DNA of 64,000 nucleotides from Myxococcota bacterium (GTDB lineage Bacteria; Myxococcota; JACRCW01), in the NCBI GenBank assembly GCA_040752415.1, contig JBFMGU010000024.1:1-64000 (forward strand), written 5' to 3'. The notes under the pieces were generated by a model. The model searched no databases, was not told the origin of the DNA, and saw only the letters and a program-made list of their open reading frames with translations. The translations under genes and the position numbers were made by a program. This document shows, piece after piece, positions 49,602 to 57,990 of this stretch. Positions within the stretch are counted from its first letter, which is position 1; every line of letters begins with the position of its first letter.

Positions 49602-50498
49602 GTGCGCTTCCTGTTCCTCCTGACATCATTCCTGCTGTTCCTCACCAACCCCGCCCACGCGCAGTACCGCGACAACGGATTGCTTCTCGAGGTCGGCGGA
49701 GAGACGCATGATGTCCTGCCGCTGACGTTGATGAACGTGGTGGGCAGCGAGGTGGCGCACCGTGCCTGGTACGAGGGCCGCGTGCGCAACCGCCTTCCGC
49801 CCAAGCCCACGTGGCTGCGCAGTTGTGGGAAGGACATTGCACGTGGTCGCGGCCTGCCATGCGAGTACGATTGGATGGGCATCACCGACGGACCCATCCT
49901 CACCGTGGGTTACCAGCGGGTCCTCGGCGACCTGCTCCTGGACCTCAGCGAGCAACCCATCCTGAAGAACCTGGTGCTCACCTACCGGGCTTCGTTGGGA
50001 ATCGCGGGAACGCTGCCGGTGTGGGAACCGCTCACGCCGGTGTTTCCCGTCGGGTTGCTGCACCAGGAGGTGGGGCTACGGTGGAACGTGTGGGACGAGA
50101 AGCTGCGGCCGTACGTCGGGCTCAACGTGGGCATGACGGCGATGTTGAACCCCGTGCGCACGCTGACCCGCGTGCAGGAGGTGCCGGGCGTGTGCGAGCG
50201 CGTGGAGCGGCGGGAGGAGGTGGCCGTCGACGAGGTCTGCGTGCGTGATGCGCAGGTGGGACCGTCCGGACCGACGAGCGTGGACCCGAATGCGGCGCTG
50301 TTCCTCATGCACACCATCCCCGTCTTCGTCGGTGCGCGACCGGAGCTGGGTGTGGAGTACTTCCTTGCCGAGGACATCTCGGTGCAGCTCTCGGGCTCGG
50401 CGGCGGTGCGCGGGACGGTGTTGCCGGAGTACCTGCTGAAGGCCCCGTTCGCGGGAGTGAGCGCACGCGTGGGCGCGGCCGTGGTGGCGTACTTCTGA
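49602..50498 (+). CDS. Putative outer-membrane beta-barrel protein
   Basis: Signal peptide AHA/Q, LRPYVGL and LGVEYFL strands, terminal aromatic VAYF. Confidence 0.7.
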   Translation: MRFLFLLTSFLLFLTNPAHAQYRDNGLLLEVGGETHDVLPLTLMNVVGSEVAHRAWYEGRVRNRLPPKPTWLRSCGKDIARGRGLPCEYDWMGITDGPILTVGYQRVLGDLLLDLSEQPILKNLVLTYRASLGIAGTLPVWEPLTPVFPVGLLHQEVGLRWNVWDEKLRPYVGLNVGMTAMLNPVRTLTRVQEVPGVCERVERREEVAVDEVCVRDAQVGPSGPTSVDPNAALFLMHTIPVFVGARPELGVEYFLAEDISVQLSGSAAVRGTVLPEYLLKAPFAGVSARVGAAVVAYF

Positions 50499-50517
50499 CT
50501 TCTGACTCCTGACTTCC
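50491..50517. repeat. Short 7-bp tandem repeat (ACTTCTG, about 4 copies)
   Basis: ACTTCTG ACTTCTG ACTCCTG ACTTCC across the stop codon. Confidence 0.6.
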
Positions 50518-50588
50518 TTTTGGGGAATCCCCGACAACCCATGACGTTGGACGAGCGCAGCCAGGACGTGCGAGCAATCATCCCCGCG

Positions 50589-51590
50589 ATGAGCACCGAG
50601 GCTCCACCACCTCCCGCCTGCCCGCTGGGTCACGCCGCGCCGCTGGTCCCCGCCATCCCGGAGACCACGGACCAGTTCTTCGGCGTCGACGGAACGTTCT
50701 CCTATTCCATGTGTCCCACGTGCCAGACGCTGGTGCTCTCACCACGACCCGCGCCGCACGAGCTCGGTCGCTACTACGCGCCGTACTACCCGGAGTCCCT
50801 GCTGTCCCAGCTGCGCGCCAAGGCCGCGGCCGGTCTTCCTCCGCGTGGTCCCGCGCGCCTGCGCGCCATCGGTTTCCTGCGCCAGCTCACCTCCATTGCC
50901 GGACGTCCCCCGCCAGGAACCCGGCTGCTCGACGTGGGCTGTGGACTCGGCCAGTTCCCGCGCTGGGTGCGGCAACTCGCGGGCCTTGACGTGCGCGGCC
51001 TCGACTTCGACCCGGTGTGCAAGACATTTGCCGCGGAGGTGCATGGCGTCGAGGTGGACACGGGGGAGCTGCGGCAACAGCGTTACCCGGATGGCGCGTT
51101 TGACATCGTCACCGCGTGGCACGTGATGGAGCACGTCTACGACCCGCAGACCGAGCTCCACGAGATGGCGCGTGTGCTCAAGCCGGGCGGTTACATGATG
51201 GTGGAGACGCCCACGCCGTCGATCTGGATGCGCATCTTCCGTCGTCGCTGGCTGTACCTGCAGGCGCCCACGCACCTCTATCACTACGCGCCGGAGACGC
51301 TGGCGGAGCTGATGCGTCGTGCCGGGCTGGAGGTGCAGCTCATCAAGCGGCCGTGGTTCCCGGGTGAGCTGGCGGGCAGCCTGTTCCTCACGCTGGGGCT
51401 GAACGGCTTCGTGCCCAAGTTGTTCCGCCCCGGCCGCACCACGTGGCAGCGCGTGCTCACCTGGTTGTTCCTGATGCAGATGATCTATGACCTGCCGGTC
51501 TCCATCCTGCTCGCGCTGTTGGGGAAGGGCGGCATCGTCCGCATCTTCGCGCGCAAGCCGGGTCCGCCCGCGTGGCCTCCGCAGGCCTGA
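50589..51590 (+). CDS. Class I SAM-dependent methyltransferase with N-terminal Cys motif
   Basis: CPTC, LLDVGCGLG, FDIVTAWHVMEH, LKPGG, PTHLYHY. Confidence 0.9.
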   Translation: MSTEAPPPPACPLGHAAPLVPAIPETTDQFFGVDGTFSYSMCPTCQTLVLSPRPAPHELGRYYAPYYPESLLSQLRAKAAAGLPPRGPARLRAIGFLRQLTSIAGRPPPGTRLLDVGCGLGQFPRWVRQLAGLDVRGLDFDPVCKTFAAEVHGVEVDTGELRQQRYPDGAFDIVTAWHVMEHVYDPQTELHEMARVLKPGGYMMVETPTPSIWMRIFRRRWLYLQAPTHLYHYAPETLAELMRRAGLEVQLIKRPWFPGELAGSLFLTLGLNGFVPKLFRPGRTTWQRVLTWLFLMQMIYDLPVSILLALLGKGGIVRIFARKPGPPAWPPQA

Positions 51591-51688
51591 GCCATTGCCC
51601 CATCACATCATGGGAATACGTATGGGTGGTTGGCGAATGGCTGCTTCGGCGCCGGCGAGCCCCAAGGCCATTGACGTTGCCTGCGACT

Positions 51689-51709
51689 TCACATAATGAC
51701 GTTATGTGA
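51689..51709. promoter_or_regulatory. Palindromic operator overlapping a putative promoter
   Basis: TCACATAA-TGACG-TTATGTGA perfect 8-5-8 inverted repeat, with TTGACG at 51671. Confidence 0.7.
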
Positions 51710-51775
51710 GGCAGCCAGTGACAGCCGCGGAGCGGGTAGCCGGGCTGTGTCGCGCACTGGCAACGGAGCGACTCC

Positions 51776-52891
51776 ATGAGCACGATCACCGGCCCCAAGG
51801 GCCACATTCCCGTTGGCAACCCGACCATCCAACCTGCCGCCACGCCGAAGACCGAGGCGCCCGCGGAGGTTGCCCGCCCCAGGCAGACCGACCCCTACGC
51901 GTCCAGTCCCACGCCCACCGCCGAGCCTTCCGCGCTGGCGCGCTCCGCGGGGAACGGGCCGCATGGGTCCGTGACGGGTCTGCGCATGAATGAGCTGGGC
52001 CAGGCCGCCAAGACCGCTCCGGTGCAGCTGGACCCGGCGCAGCTTGGCCAGGTGGTTGCCAAGAAGGCCACGTGCCCCTTCATCGGCGCGGCGGTGCAGC
52101 AGGGTGCCTTGCCGGTGCGCAACAATGCCGAGACGCCGCTGGCCAGCATTGCCGACGTCACCGCGCTGGGGAACACCGGCGGTGGCGACCTGGGAGAGGT
52201 GCTCAAGATCTTCGCCAAGGGAAATCACAGCCGGATGCCGTCGTCGGGAGGAGGGGAGGGCCTGACGCCCGCGGGGCACTTCAGCCTGGACTTCCCGGGC
52301 TCACAGGGATCCCATCCGGGACACAGCGGCATCCTCCAGGGAGATCCCACCCAGCGCGACTCGGGACGCTTCAGCGCCGCGGACATGGACCGACTCCTGA
52401 GCCGCGCCAAGGACGGCGTCATCCGTCGCTCGGACATCGGCAAGTTCATCGCCGAGAACCTGGTGAAGGATCCGGACTCGAAGGTGTTTGGCGCCAAGGT
52501 CACGGGCCTGCTGCTCGGGGACATCGGGCACACGCTGGCGCGCACCGGGCCCGCGTTGATGGAGGCCATTGCCAACCGGTTCCGCCAGGTCGACGACCAC
52601 ACCGAGAACGTCCGTCTCTTCGAGGCGCTCACCAAGACGCTGGGCGAGGACAACCTGGTGGGCTCCGCGGGTGAGTTCGGACTGCTGATGGCGCTGCTGG
52701 CCAACAGCCCCAAGACGCGGAACGTCGACGGGGAACCCGCGATCTCCGTCGAGGATCTCAAGGCCATGTTCGTGGAGAAGCGTTTCCCCGACGGGTGGGA
52801 GAGCTGGCCCAAGACGCGTCATGACTGGGTGGTGGCAACCACCGCGTTGACCCTTGAGGCCGGTAAGGAGTACGCCAGGCTCAAACACTGA
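51776..52891 (+). CDS. Hypothetical protein, possible heme-thiolate peroxidase/caleosin-like
   Basis: TCPF, GSHPGHSGIL..GRFS, SAGEFGLL..SVEDLKAMFVEKRFPDGW; low-complexity N-terminus; GGAG RBS. Confidence 0.6.
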   Translation: MSTITGPKGHIPVGNPTIQPAATPKTEAPAEVARPRQTDPYASSPTPTAEPSALARSAGNGPHGSVTGLRMNELGQAAKTAPVQLDPAQLGQVVAKKATCPFIGAAVQQGALPVRNNAETPLASIADVTALGNTGGGDLGEVLKIFAKGNHSRMPSSGGGEGLTPAGHFSLDFPGSQGSHPGHSGILQGDPTQRDSGRFSAADMDRLLSRAKDGVIRRSDIGKFIAENLVKDPDSKVFGAKVTGLLLGDIGHTLARTGPALMEAIANRFRQVDDHTENVRLFEALTKTLGEDNLVGSAGEFGLLMALLANSPKTRNVDGEPAISVEDLKAMFVEKRFPDGWESWPKTRHDWVVATTALTLEAGKEYARLKH

Positions 52892-52935
52892 CGCCGGGCT
52901 CCGCGTTTCGCCTGGCAACGGCCAGCGCGCAAACC

Positions 52936-53595
52936 ATGCCCCGCTCCTCCGCAACCCGGTCCAGGAAGAAGACCCGCTCTCGGCCGGCGCGGCCCGACGA
53001 CAACAAAGTCAGGCCCAAGGACGTGCAGGCGGAGGCCACGCGCCAGGCGCTCCTGGCCAGCGCGCGGCGCTTGTTCGCGGCGCGGGGCTACGCCGCGGTG
53101 GGAATGGTGGAATTGGCCAAGCACGCGCGCGTGACCACCGGCGCGGTCTACCACCACTTCGGGAGCAAGCAGCAGATCTTCCGCGTGGCGGTGGAGGACA
53201 TCACGCGTGAGGTGGCGGAGAAGGCGGCGGCGGCCATGGCGCGCTCCGACGACCCGTGGGGCAAGCTGATGGCGGGCATCGACGCGGTGCTGGATGCGTG
53301 CCTGCTGCCCGAGGTGCGCATGGCCTACAACGAGGCCCCGGTGGTGCTGGGCATCGAGCAATGGCGCGCGCTCGAGGAGGCGCAGTCCAGCGGGCTCCTG
53401 CTGGGCACGCTGGCTTCCTTGGTGGAGCTGGGCGTGGTGCGTCGCACGCCGCTGGAGCTGTTGGTGCCCATGGTGAAGGGCGCCATCGTCGAGGCGGCCA
53501 TGTCCATCACCAGGGCCAGGAATGCCGCGGCGGCGCGCCGTGACGCCGGCATCCTGCTCGACGCCATGCTGGGCGGCCTGCGCGTCCGGGCGTGA
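52936..53595 (+). CDS. TetR family transcriptional regulator
   Basis: EATRQALLASARRLFAARGY..VTTGAVYHHFGSK. Confidence 0.93.
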   Translation: MPRSSATRSRKKTRSRPARPDDNKVRPKDVQAEATRQALLASARRLFAARGYAAVGMVELAKHARVTTGAVYHHFGSKQQIFRVAVEDITREVAEKAAAAMARSDDPWGKLMAGIDAVLDACLLPEVRMAYNEAPVVLGIEQWRALEEAQSSGLLLGTLASLVELGVVRRTPLELLVPMVKGAIVEAAMSITRARNAAAARRDAGILLDAMLGGLRVRA

Positions 53596-53673
53596 CGTGG
53601 TCCCGGTGGCGCGGATTGCACGGCGTGGTGACGTCGTGCTGGGGTTCACCAGGACAACAGCAACGGACTCCCG

Positions 53674-54117
53674 ATGACGACACACGTGGAGCAGTACCGC
53701 GCCCGGTGGGCGGACATGGATTTCAACCAGCACATGCGCAACGCCGCGTTCCTGGGCGTGGCGGAGGAGACGCGGATGCGCTTCCTGGAGGCCCATGGCT
53801 TCGGCATGGCCGAGTTCCAGAAGCGCCAGCTGGGCCCCGTGGTCCTCGAGGACAAGCTCACCTACAAGCAGGAGCTCAAGCTGCTGGAGCCCTTCAGCGT
53901 GGACCTGGCGCTGGCCGCCATCACGTCGGACGCGCGGCGCATGAAGGTCCGCAACCGCGTCATGAAAGCGGATGGCTCGCTGGCTGCCGTCGTCGACAGC
54001 GTGGTGCTGTGGTTCGACCTTGTCGCGCGCAAGCCGGTGACGCCTCCGCCGGAGCTGGTGCGCCTGTGGCAGGAGTTGGACCGGACGAGTGACTTCGAGG
54101 CGTGGTCACGCGCGTGA
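53674..54117 (+). CDS. Acyl-CoA thioesterase (4HBT/hotdog fold)
   Basis: RWADMDFNQHMRNAAFL, YKQELKL, WFDLVARK. Confidence 0.9.
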   Translation: MTTHVEQYRARWADMDFNQHMRNAAFLGVAEETRMRFLEAHGFGMAEFQKRQLGPVVLEDKLTYKQELKLLEPFSVDLALAAITSDARRMKVRNRVMKADGSLAAVVDSVVLWFDLVARKPVTPPPELVRLWQELDRTSDFEAWSRA

Positions 54118-54424
54118 CGACGTGCCCCGCCTACTCCGTGGACCACAGCTCGGAGCCGAGCGGGACCTCTTCGGGGCGCAGACCGATGAGCAACACGACG
54201 ACGCGACGGTCCCCTGGTCCAGCGGTCGCCCGCAGGTGCTCCCACCGTGCTCGCTCCCACCATTCTCCGGGCTCGGATTCCGTTCAGCCATGGCTTCCCT
54301 TTCCCGGGCAATCCGCTCCAGCGCCTCTTTGTCCCGTGGCCTTCCCGCAGCGATGATGGGCTCAATGACCGCCACGCTTCGCAGCGTGGCCAAGCGGCGC
54401 CTTCGCGGCAAAACGACGACGTGC

Positions 54425-54871
54425 TCACTCCACGTTCTTGCAGAACTCCAACGGACCCAGCTTGGTCTCCGGCGTGCAGCGCCACTTCTCGCGCAGGCGC
54501 TCCTGCTTCTCGGCCTCAATGGTCTTGTACGAGGCCACCCAGATCACGTTGCCATCCCGCTGCATGTCCAGGCCCTTGGCGCGCAGCACGGCGTGGAGCG
54601 CCTCCTGCCAGCTCACGTTGCGCAGCCGCAGCGTGATGCGTCCCTTCACCTCGTCGCTGATGACGATGTTGACCCGCCCGATGGCGGCGAGCCGCTCGAG
54701 CACCGCGGTGACGTCGGCGTCCTTGAGGTCCAGGTTCACCCGTTGTGAAGGACCCACGGTGATGGCGTCGTGCGCCAGCATGCTCACCGTGCCGGGTCCC
54801 GCCAGCGCGGTATGCGCCAGCGTTGTGATTCCCACTGTCAGGACAAGCCCGATTGCGTGTGTGCGCGACAT
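54425..54871 (-). CDS. Stand-alone secretin/TonB N-terminal (STN, PilQ N0-like) domain protein
   Basis: Signal peptide; RVNLDLKDADVTAVL..VNIVISDEVKGRITLRLRNVSWQEALHAVL. Confidence 0.82.
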   Translation of the reverse strand: MSRTHAIGLVLTVGITTLAHTALAGPGTVSMLAHDAITVGPSQRVNLDLKDADVTAVLERLAAIGRVNIVISDEVKGRITLRLRNVSWQEALHAVLRAKGLDMQRDGNVIWVASYKTIEAEKQERLREKWRCTPETKLGPLEFCKNVE

Positions 54872-54995
54872 GGTCTGCCTCCGTGGTGGTGGCGGAACGG
54901 TACGCCGCGAAAACGCATAACAACAGCGAAATGAGGGTGAATTGATACGTCAATGATGGGAAAGAGAAGGTGGGCTCCTGGCGGGGGATGTGTGT

Positions 54996-56189
54996 TCACT
55001 GCAGCGTGATGCTGTCCTGGAGGACCCCGCTCAGGTTTCCCGCGTCGTCACGGACCTGCACCGTCACCGTCTTCACGCCGGGTGAGCTGTCGAACGTCAC
55101 CGCCTGGCGGGACTGGTAGCTCGTCCACGCCATGTCCTCGACGGTGTCCGGGCACGTCAACGGTTGGCCCGCGGCGTCCTGGGTGGCGCAGAGGTGCACG
55201 CGCATCTGCGTGGCGTCCTGCGCGGTGACCTCCAGCGACATGGTGGCGTTGCTGGTGGTGGCGTCGTCGTTGTTGAGCGTGACCGCGGAGAGTGTTGGCG
55301 GCGTGGTGTCGCGCACCAGGGTCAGCGTGAACACCGGAGAATCCACGTTGCACACGTCGGTGAACTGGAAATGCAGCACGTGCTCGCCCTCGGGCAGGTT
55401 TTGGAAGCGGTACCCGCCGGGCTGGAAGGGCTCGTAGTCCGGAGTTTCCGCAACGCCAAACCAGTAGCGCCCGAGCGCCGCGGTCCCGCTTGCGACGAGC
55501 ACGGTGATGTCGTCGGTGGTGAAGGACCAGGTGCTTCCGTCGACGCTGACGTCGGGCGTGGAGGTGCTGAAGGCGAAGGTGAATGGCACAATGTCAAGGG
55601 GCGGCACCACCACTTCTTCCTCGTCGGAGGAGACCACGACGGGGATGGGACACGTGGCGGTGGAAGGAAGTGCGTGGCCGGAGAGGTCGACGCGCAGCTG
55701 GTAGGTGCCGACAGAAATCTCGGTGAACACAAAGGCGCCGCCGACGGAGGTGTTTGTCTCGATGATGGCGTCGGGCGTTGGGCTCAGGATGACCCTGGCA
55801 ACCAAGCCCCCGTCGACGCCCCGCACGATCCCCGACACCCTTCCGCTTCCCACCTCCAGCGCGATGCCGCCGACGTTCACGGTCTGGCCCGCTTTGACGC
55901 TCACCGAGCGATGCGCACGACGGTAGGGAGAGCCCGTCGCGCCCAGGCCCTGGTAGCCGACGGCGAGCTCGTAGTTGCCTTCGTGCAGGTCGGCGAACGC
56001 GAATGTCCCGTCGTCGTTGGGAACGGTGGTGAGGTTGGCGCCCTGCAGCAGGACGTTCACCCGGCTGACGTCATTGAGCCCCGGCGCGTCCACCAGGATG
56101 ACCCGCCCGGAGATGGCGCCCCGCGACGTTCCCGGCTCCGCGCTCCCGCAGCCCAGCACCAGCAGTGACAGCACCAGCATCCAGCGCAT
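54996..56189 (-). CDS. Lipoprotein with carboxypeptidase-regulatory-like/Ig-like domains
   Basis: Lipobox LVLGC; GAISGRV..DGTFAFADL.EGNYEL; DTTPP; GVKTVTVQVRDDAGN. Confidence 0.8.
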   Translation of the reverse strand: MRWMLVLSLLVLGCGSAEPGTSRGAISGRVILVDAPGLNDVSRVNVLLQGANLTTVPNDDGTFAFADLHEGNYELAVGYQGLGATGSPYRRAHRSVSVKAGQTVNVGGIALEVGSGRVSGIVRGVDGGLVARVILSPTPDAIIETNTSVGGAFVFTEISVGTYQLRVDLSGHALPSTATCPIPVVVSSDEEEVVVPPLDIVPFTFAFSTSTPDVSVDGSTWSFTTDDITVLVASGTAALGRYWFGVAETPDYEPFQPGGYRFQNLPEGEHVLHFQFTDVCNVDSPVFTLTLVRDTTPPTLSAVTLNNDDATTSNATMSLEVTAQDATQMRVHLCATQDAAGQPLTCPDTVEDMAWTSYQSRQAVTFDSSPGVKTVTVQVRDDAGNLSGVLQDSITLQ

Positions 56190-56220
56190 GCTTCGCCTCC
56201 GTGACTCCCCGATACCCCGC

Positions 56221-56236
56221 TGGCACGGGGTTGGCA
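56221..56236 (+). promoter_or_regulatory. Possible sigma-54 promoter
   Basis: TGGCACGGGGTTGGCA (GG-N10-GC) in the divergent intergenic region. Confidence 0.4.
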
Positions 56237-56397
56237 CCGGGCACCCGCGTGATGCCAGGAAAAGCGGGCTCCCCCCGGAAAACGCGAAAGTGTTTCCGGA
56301 CGGCGCCACGCGACAGGAAATCTCTGCGCGTTTTCCGGGCGCAACATGCCTGGTGGGCGGACGTGTCTCCGACGCCGGGCTCCCTGGGAGACGCACC

Positions 56398-57978
56398 ATG
56401 AACAACGTCACCGCCCCCTCGCTCCGGCTCTCGGAGCAGCAGCCAACGCCTGTCGTCGTCAAGCCGGAGGGGCGGGAGTGGCCGTGGACGCGCGCCTTCT
56501 GGCTGGGGGAAGGCGACCTGCGTCCGCTGGGGCTCTACCGTTTCATCGTCGGGATGGTGGCGCTGTGGGACATCTTCAAGCGCTCCTTCTACCTGCGGGA
56601 ATGGCACACCGACGAAGGCGTGCTCCCACGCATGGCGCTGCTGGAGGGCATTGCGCGCCCGTGGCGACTGAGCCTGCTGGACGCCCTGGGCACCACGCCG
56701 ATGGTGACCTTGTTCTTCATCTTCGGCGCGGTCTCGGCGGCGTGCCTGGCGGTGGGCTACCGCACGCGACTGGCCACGTTCTGCACCTGGCTCTTCGTGG
56801 TGAGTGTGCAGGAGCGCAACCTGGGCGTCACCGACAGTTCCGACACGCTCTACCGCGTCATGCTCTTCTGGCTCATGTTCGCCCCGGCGGGCGCGGCGTA
56901 TTCGCTGGACCGCGCGCTGGCCAGGGAACCGGGCGCGTGGCCGCCGCGGGGCAGCCAGGTGGCGCTGCGCTTCATGCAGTTGCAGGTGATCATCGTCTAC
57001 TTCGTCACCAGCGTGACCAAGAACGGGCCGCAGTGGATCGAGGGGAGCGCGGCCTACCGGGCGCTGCAGGTGTGGGACTTCGCGCGCCCCACCGCGGCGT
57101 TCCTCGTCGAGCACGCGGGCTTCATGGCCCGGTTCGCCACCTGGGGGACGTTGGTGCTGGAGTTCGCGCTGGCCGCGTTGCTCTGGTACCCGAACATCCG
57201 GCTGCGCAAGCTGCTGTTGCTCGGCGGGCTCATGCTGCACGGATTCATCGAGGCCACGCTGAACGTGGGGATGTTCTCCCTGATGATGTACAGCGTCTAC
57301 ACGCTCTTCTTCTGGCCGGAGGCCATGGACTTCATTGACCGTCGACGGCCCCGGCTGCGCGCGGTGAAGGAAGGGCTCGTGCGACTGGCGCAGAAGCTCC
57401 CCGCGCCCGCGCCGCACCTGCCCGCGTGGGTGGGGCAGTGGCAGAACACGTTCATCCTCGGCGTCATGGGCACCATGATGGGCATCATCCTGTGGGACCA
57501 GGCGCACGAGGTGAACAACCGCATCCCGCGCCCGCCCGCGCCGGCGGTGGCGGTGATGGAGAGTCTCTCGTTGTGGCAGAACTGGAAGATGTTCGCGCCC
57601 AACCCGGTCTTTGACAGCGGACAGTGGACCGGCCAGGGCACGCTCACCGACGGAACCCCCATCGACGTGCTGGCCCACGGCGCGCCCACGTTCCTCAGCC
57701 CGCCCGAAGGTCGCTGGTGGTACGAGCGCTGGGCCAAGTACCGGCTGCACATCCGCCAGTCGGACCAGCGCGGCTATCTGGCGTGGTTCGGCAAGTACCT
57801 GTGCCGGCAGTACAACAACGGTCGCCGGCCGGGTGAGCCGCTGCTGGACCGCTTTGAGCTGGTCTATCACCTCAAGCGGCACCGCGCGCCGTGGGAGCCG
57901 GATTCTCCCGCCACGCCCACCTCCATGTGGACGCACTACTGCATCAAGGTGCCCGACACCCTGAAGGACAAGTCGTGA
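56398..57978 (+). CDS. HTTM-domain membrane protein (vitamin K-dependent carboxylase-like)
   Basis: DLRPLGLYR, GYRTRLA, SVQERN, YSLD, QVIIVYF..K.GPQWIEG, WQNWKMFAPNP. Confidence 0.87.
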   Translation: MNNVTAPSLRLSEQQPTPVVVKPEGREWPWTRAFWLGEGDLRPLGLYRFIVGMVALWDIFKRSFYLREWHTDEGVLPRMALLEGIARPWRLSLLDALGTTPMVTLFFIFGAVSAACLAVGYRTRLATFCTWLFVVSVQERNLGVTDSSDTLYRVMLFWLMFAPAGAAYSLDRALAREPGAWPPRGSQVALRFMQLQVIIVYFVTSVTKNGPQWIEGSAAYRALQVWDFARPTAAFLVEHAGFMARFATWGTLVLEFALAALLWYPNIRLRKLLLLGGLMLHGFIEATLNVGMFSLMMYSVYTLFFWPEAMDFIDRRRPRLRAVKEGLVRLAQKLPAPAPHLPAWVGQWQNTFILGVMGTMMGIILWDQAHEVNNRIPRPPAPAVAVMESLSLWQNWKMFAPNPVFDSGQWTGQGTLTDGTPIDVLAHGAPTFLSPPEGRWWYERWAKYRLHIRQSDQRGYLAWFGKYLCRQYNNGRRPGEPLLDRFELVYHLKRHRAPWEPDSPATPTSMWTHYCIKVPDTLKDKS

Positions 57979-57990
57979 CGCGGTGAGCGT

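Noticed and set aside
51686..51712. dif (XerCD) site
   Set aside because: Arms are similar, but the central spacer is 5 bp instead of 6 and the right arm diverges; an operator is more parsimonious
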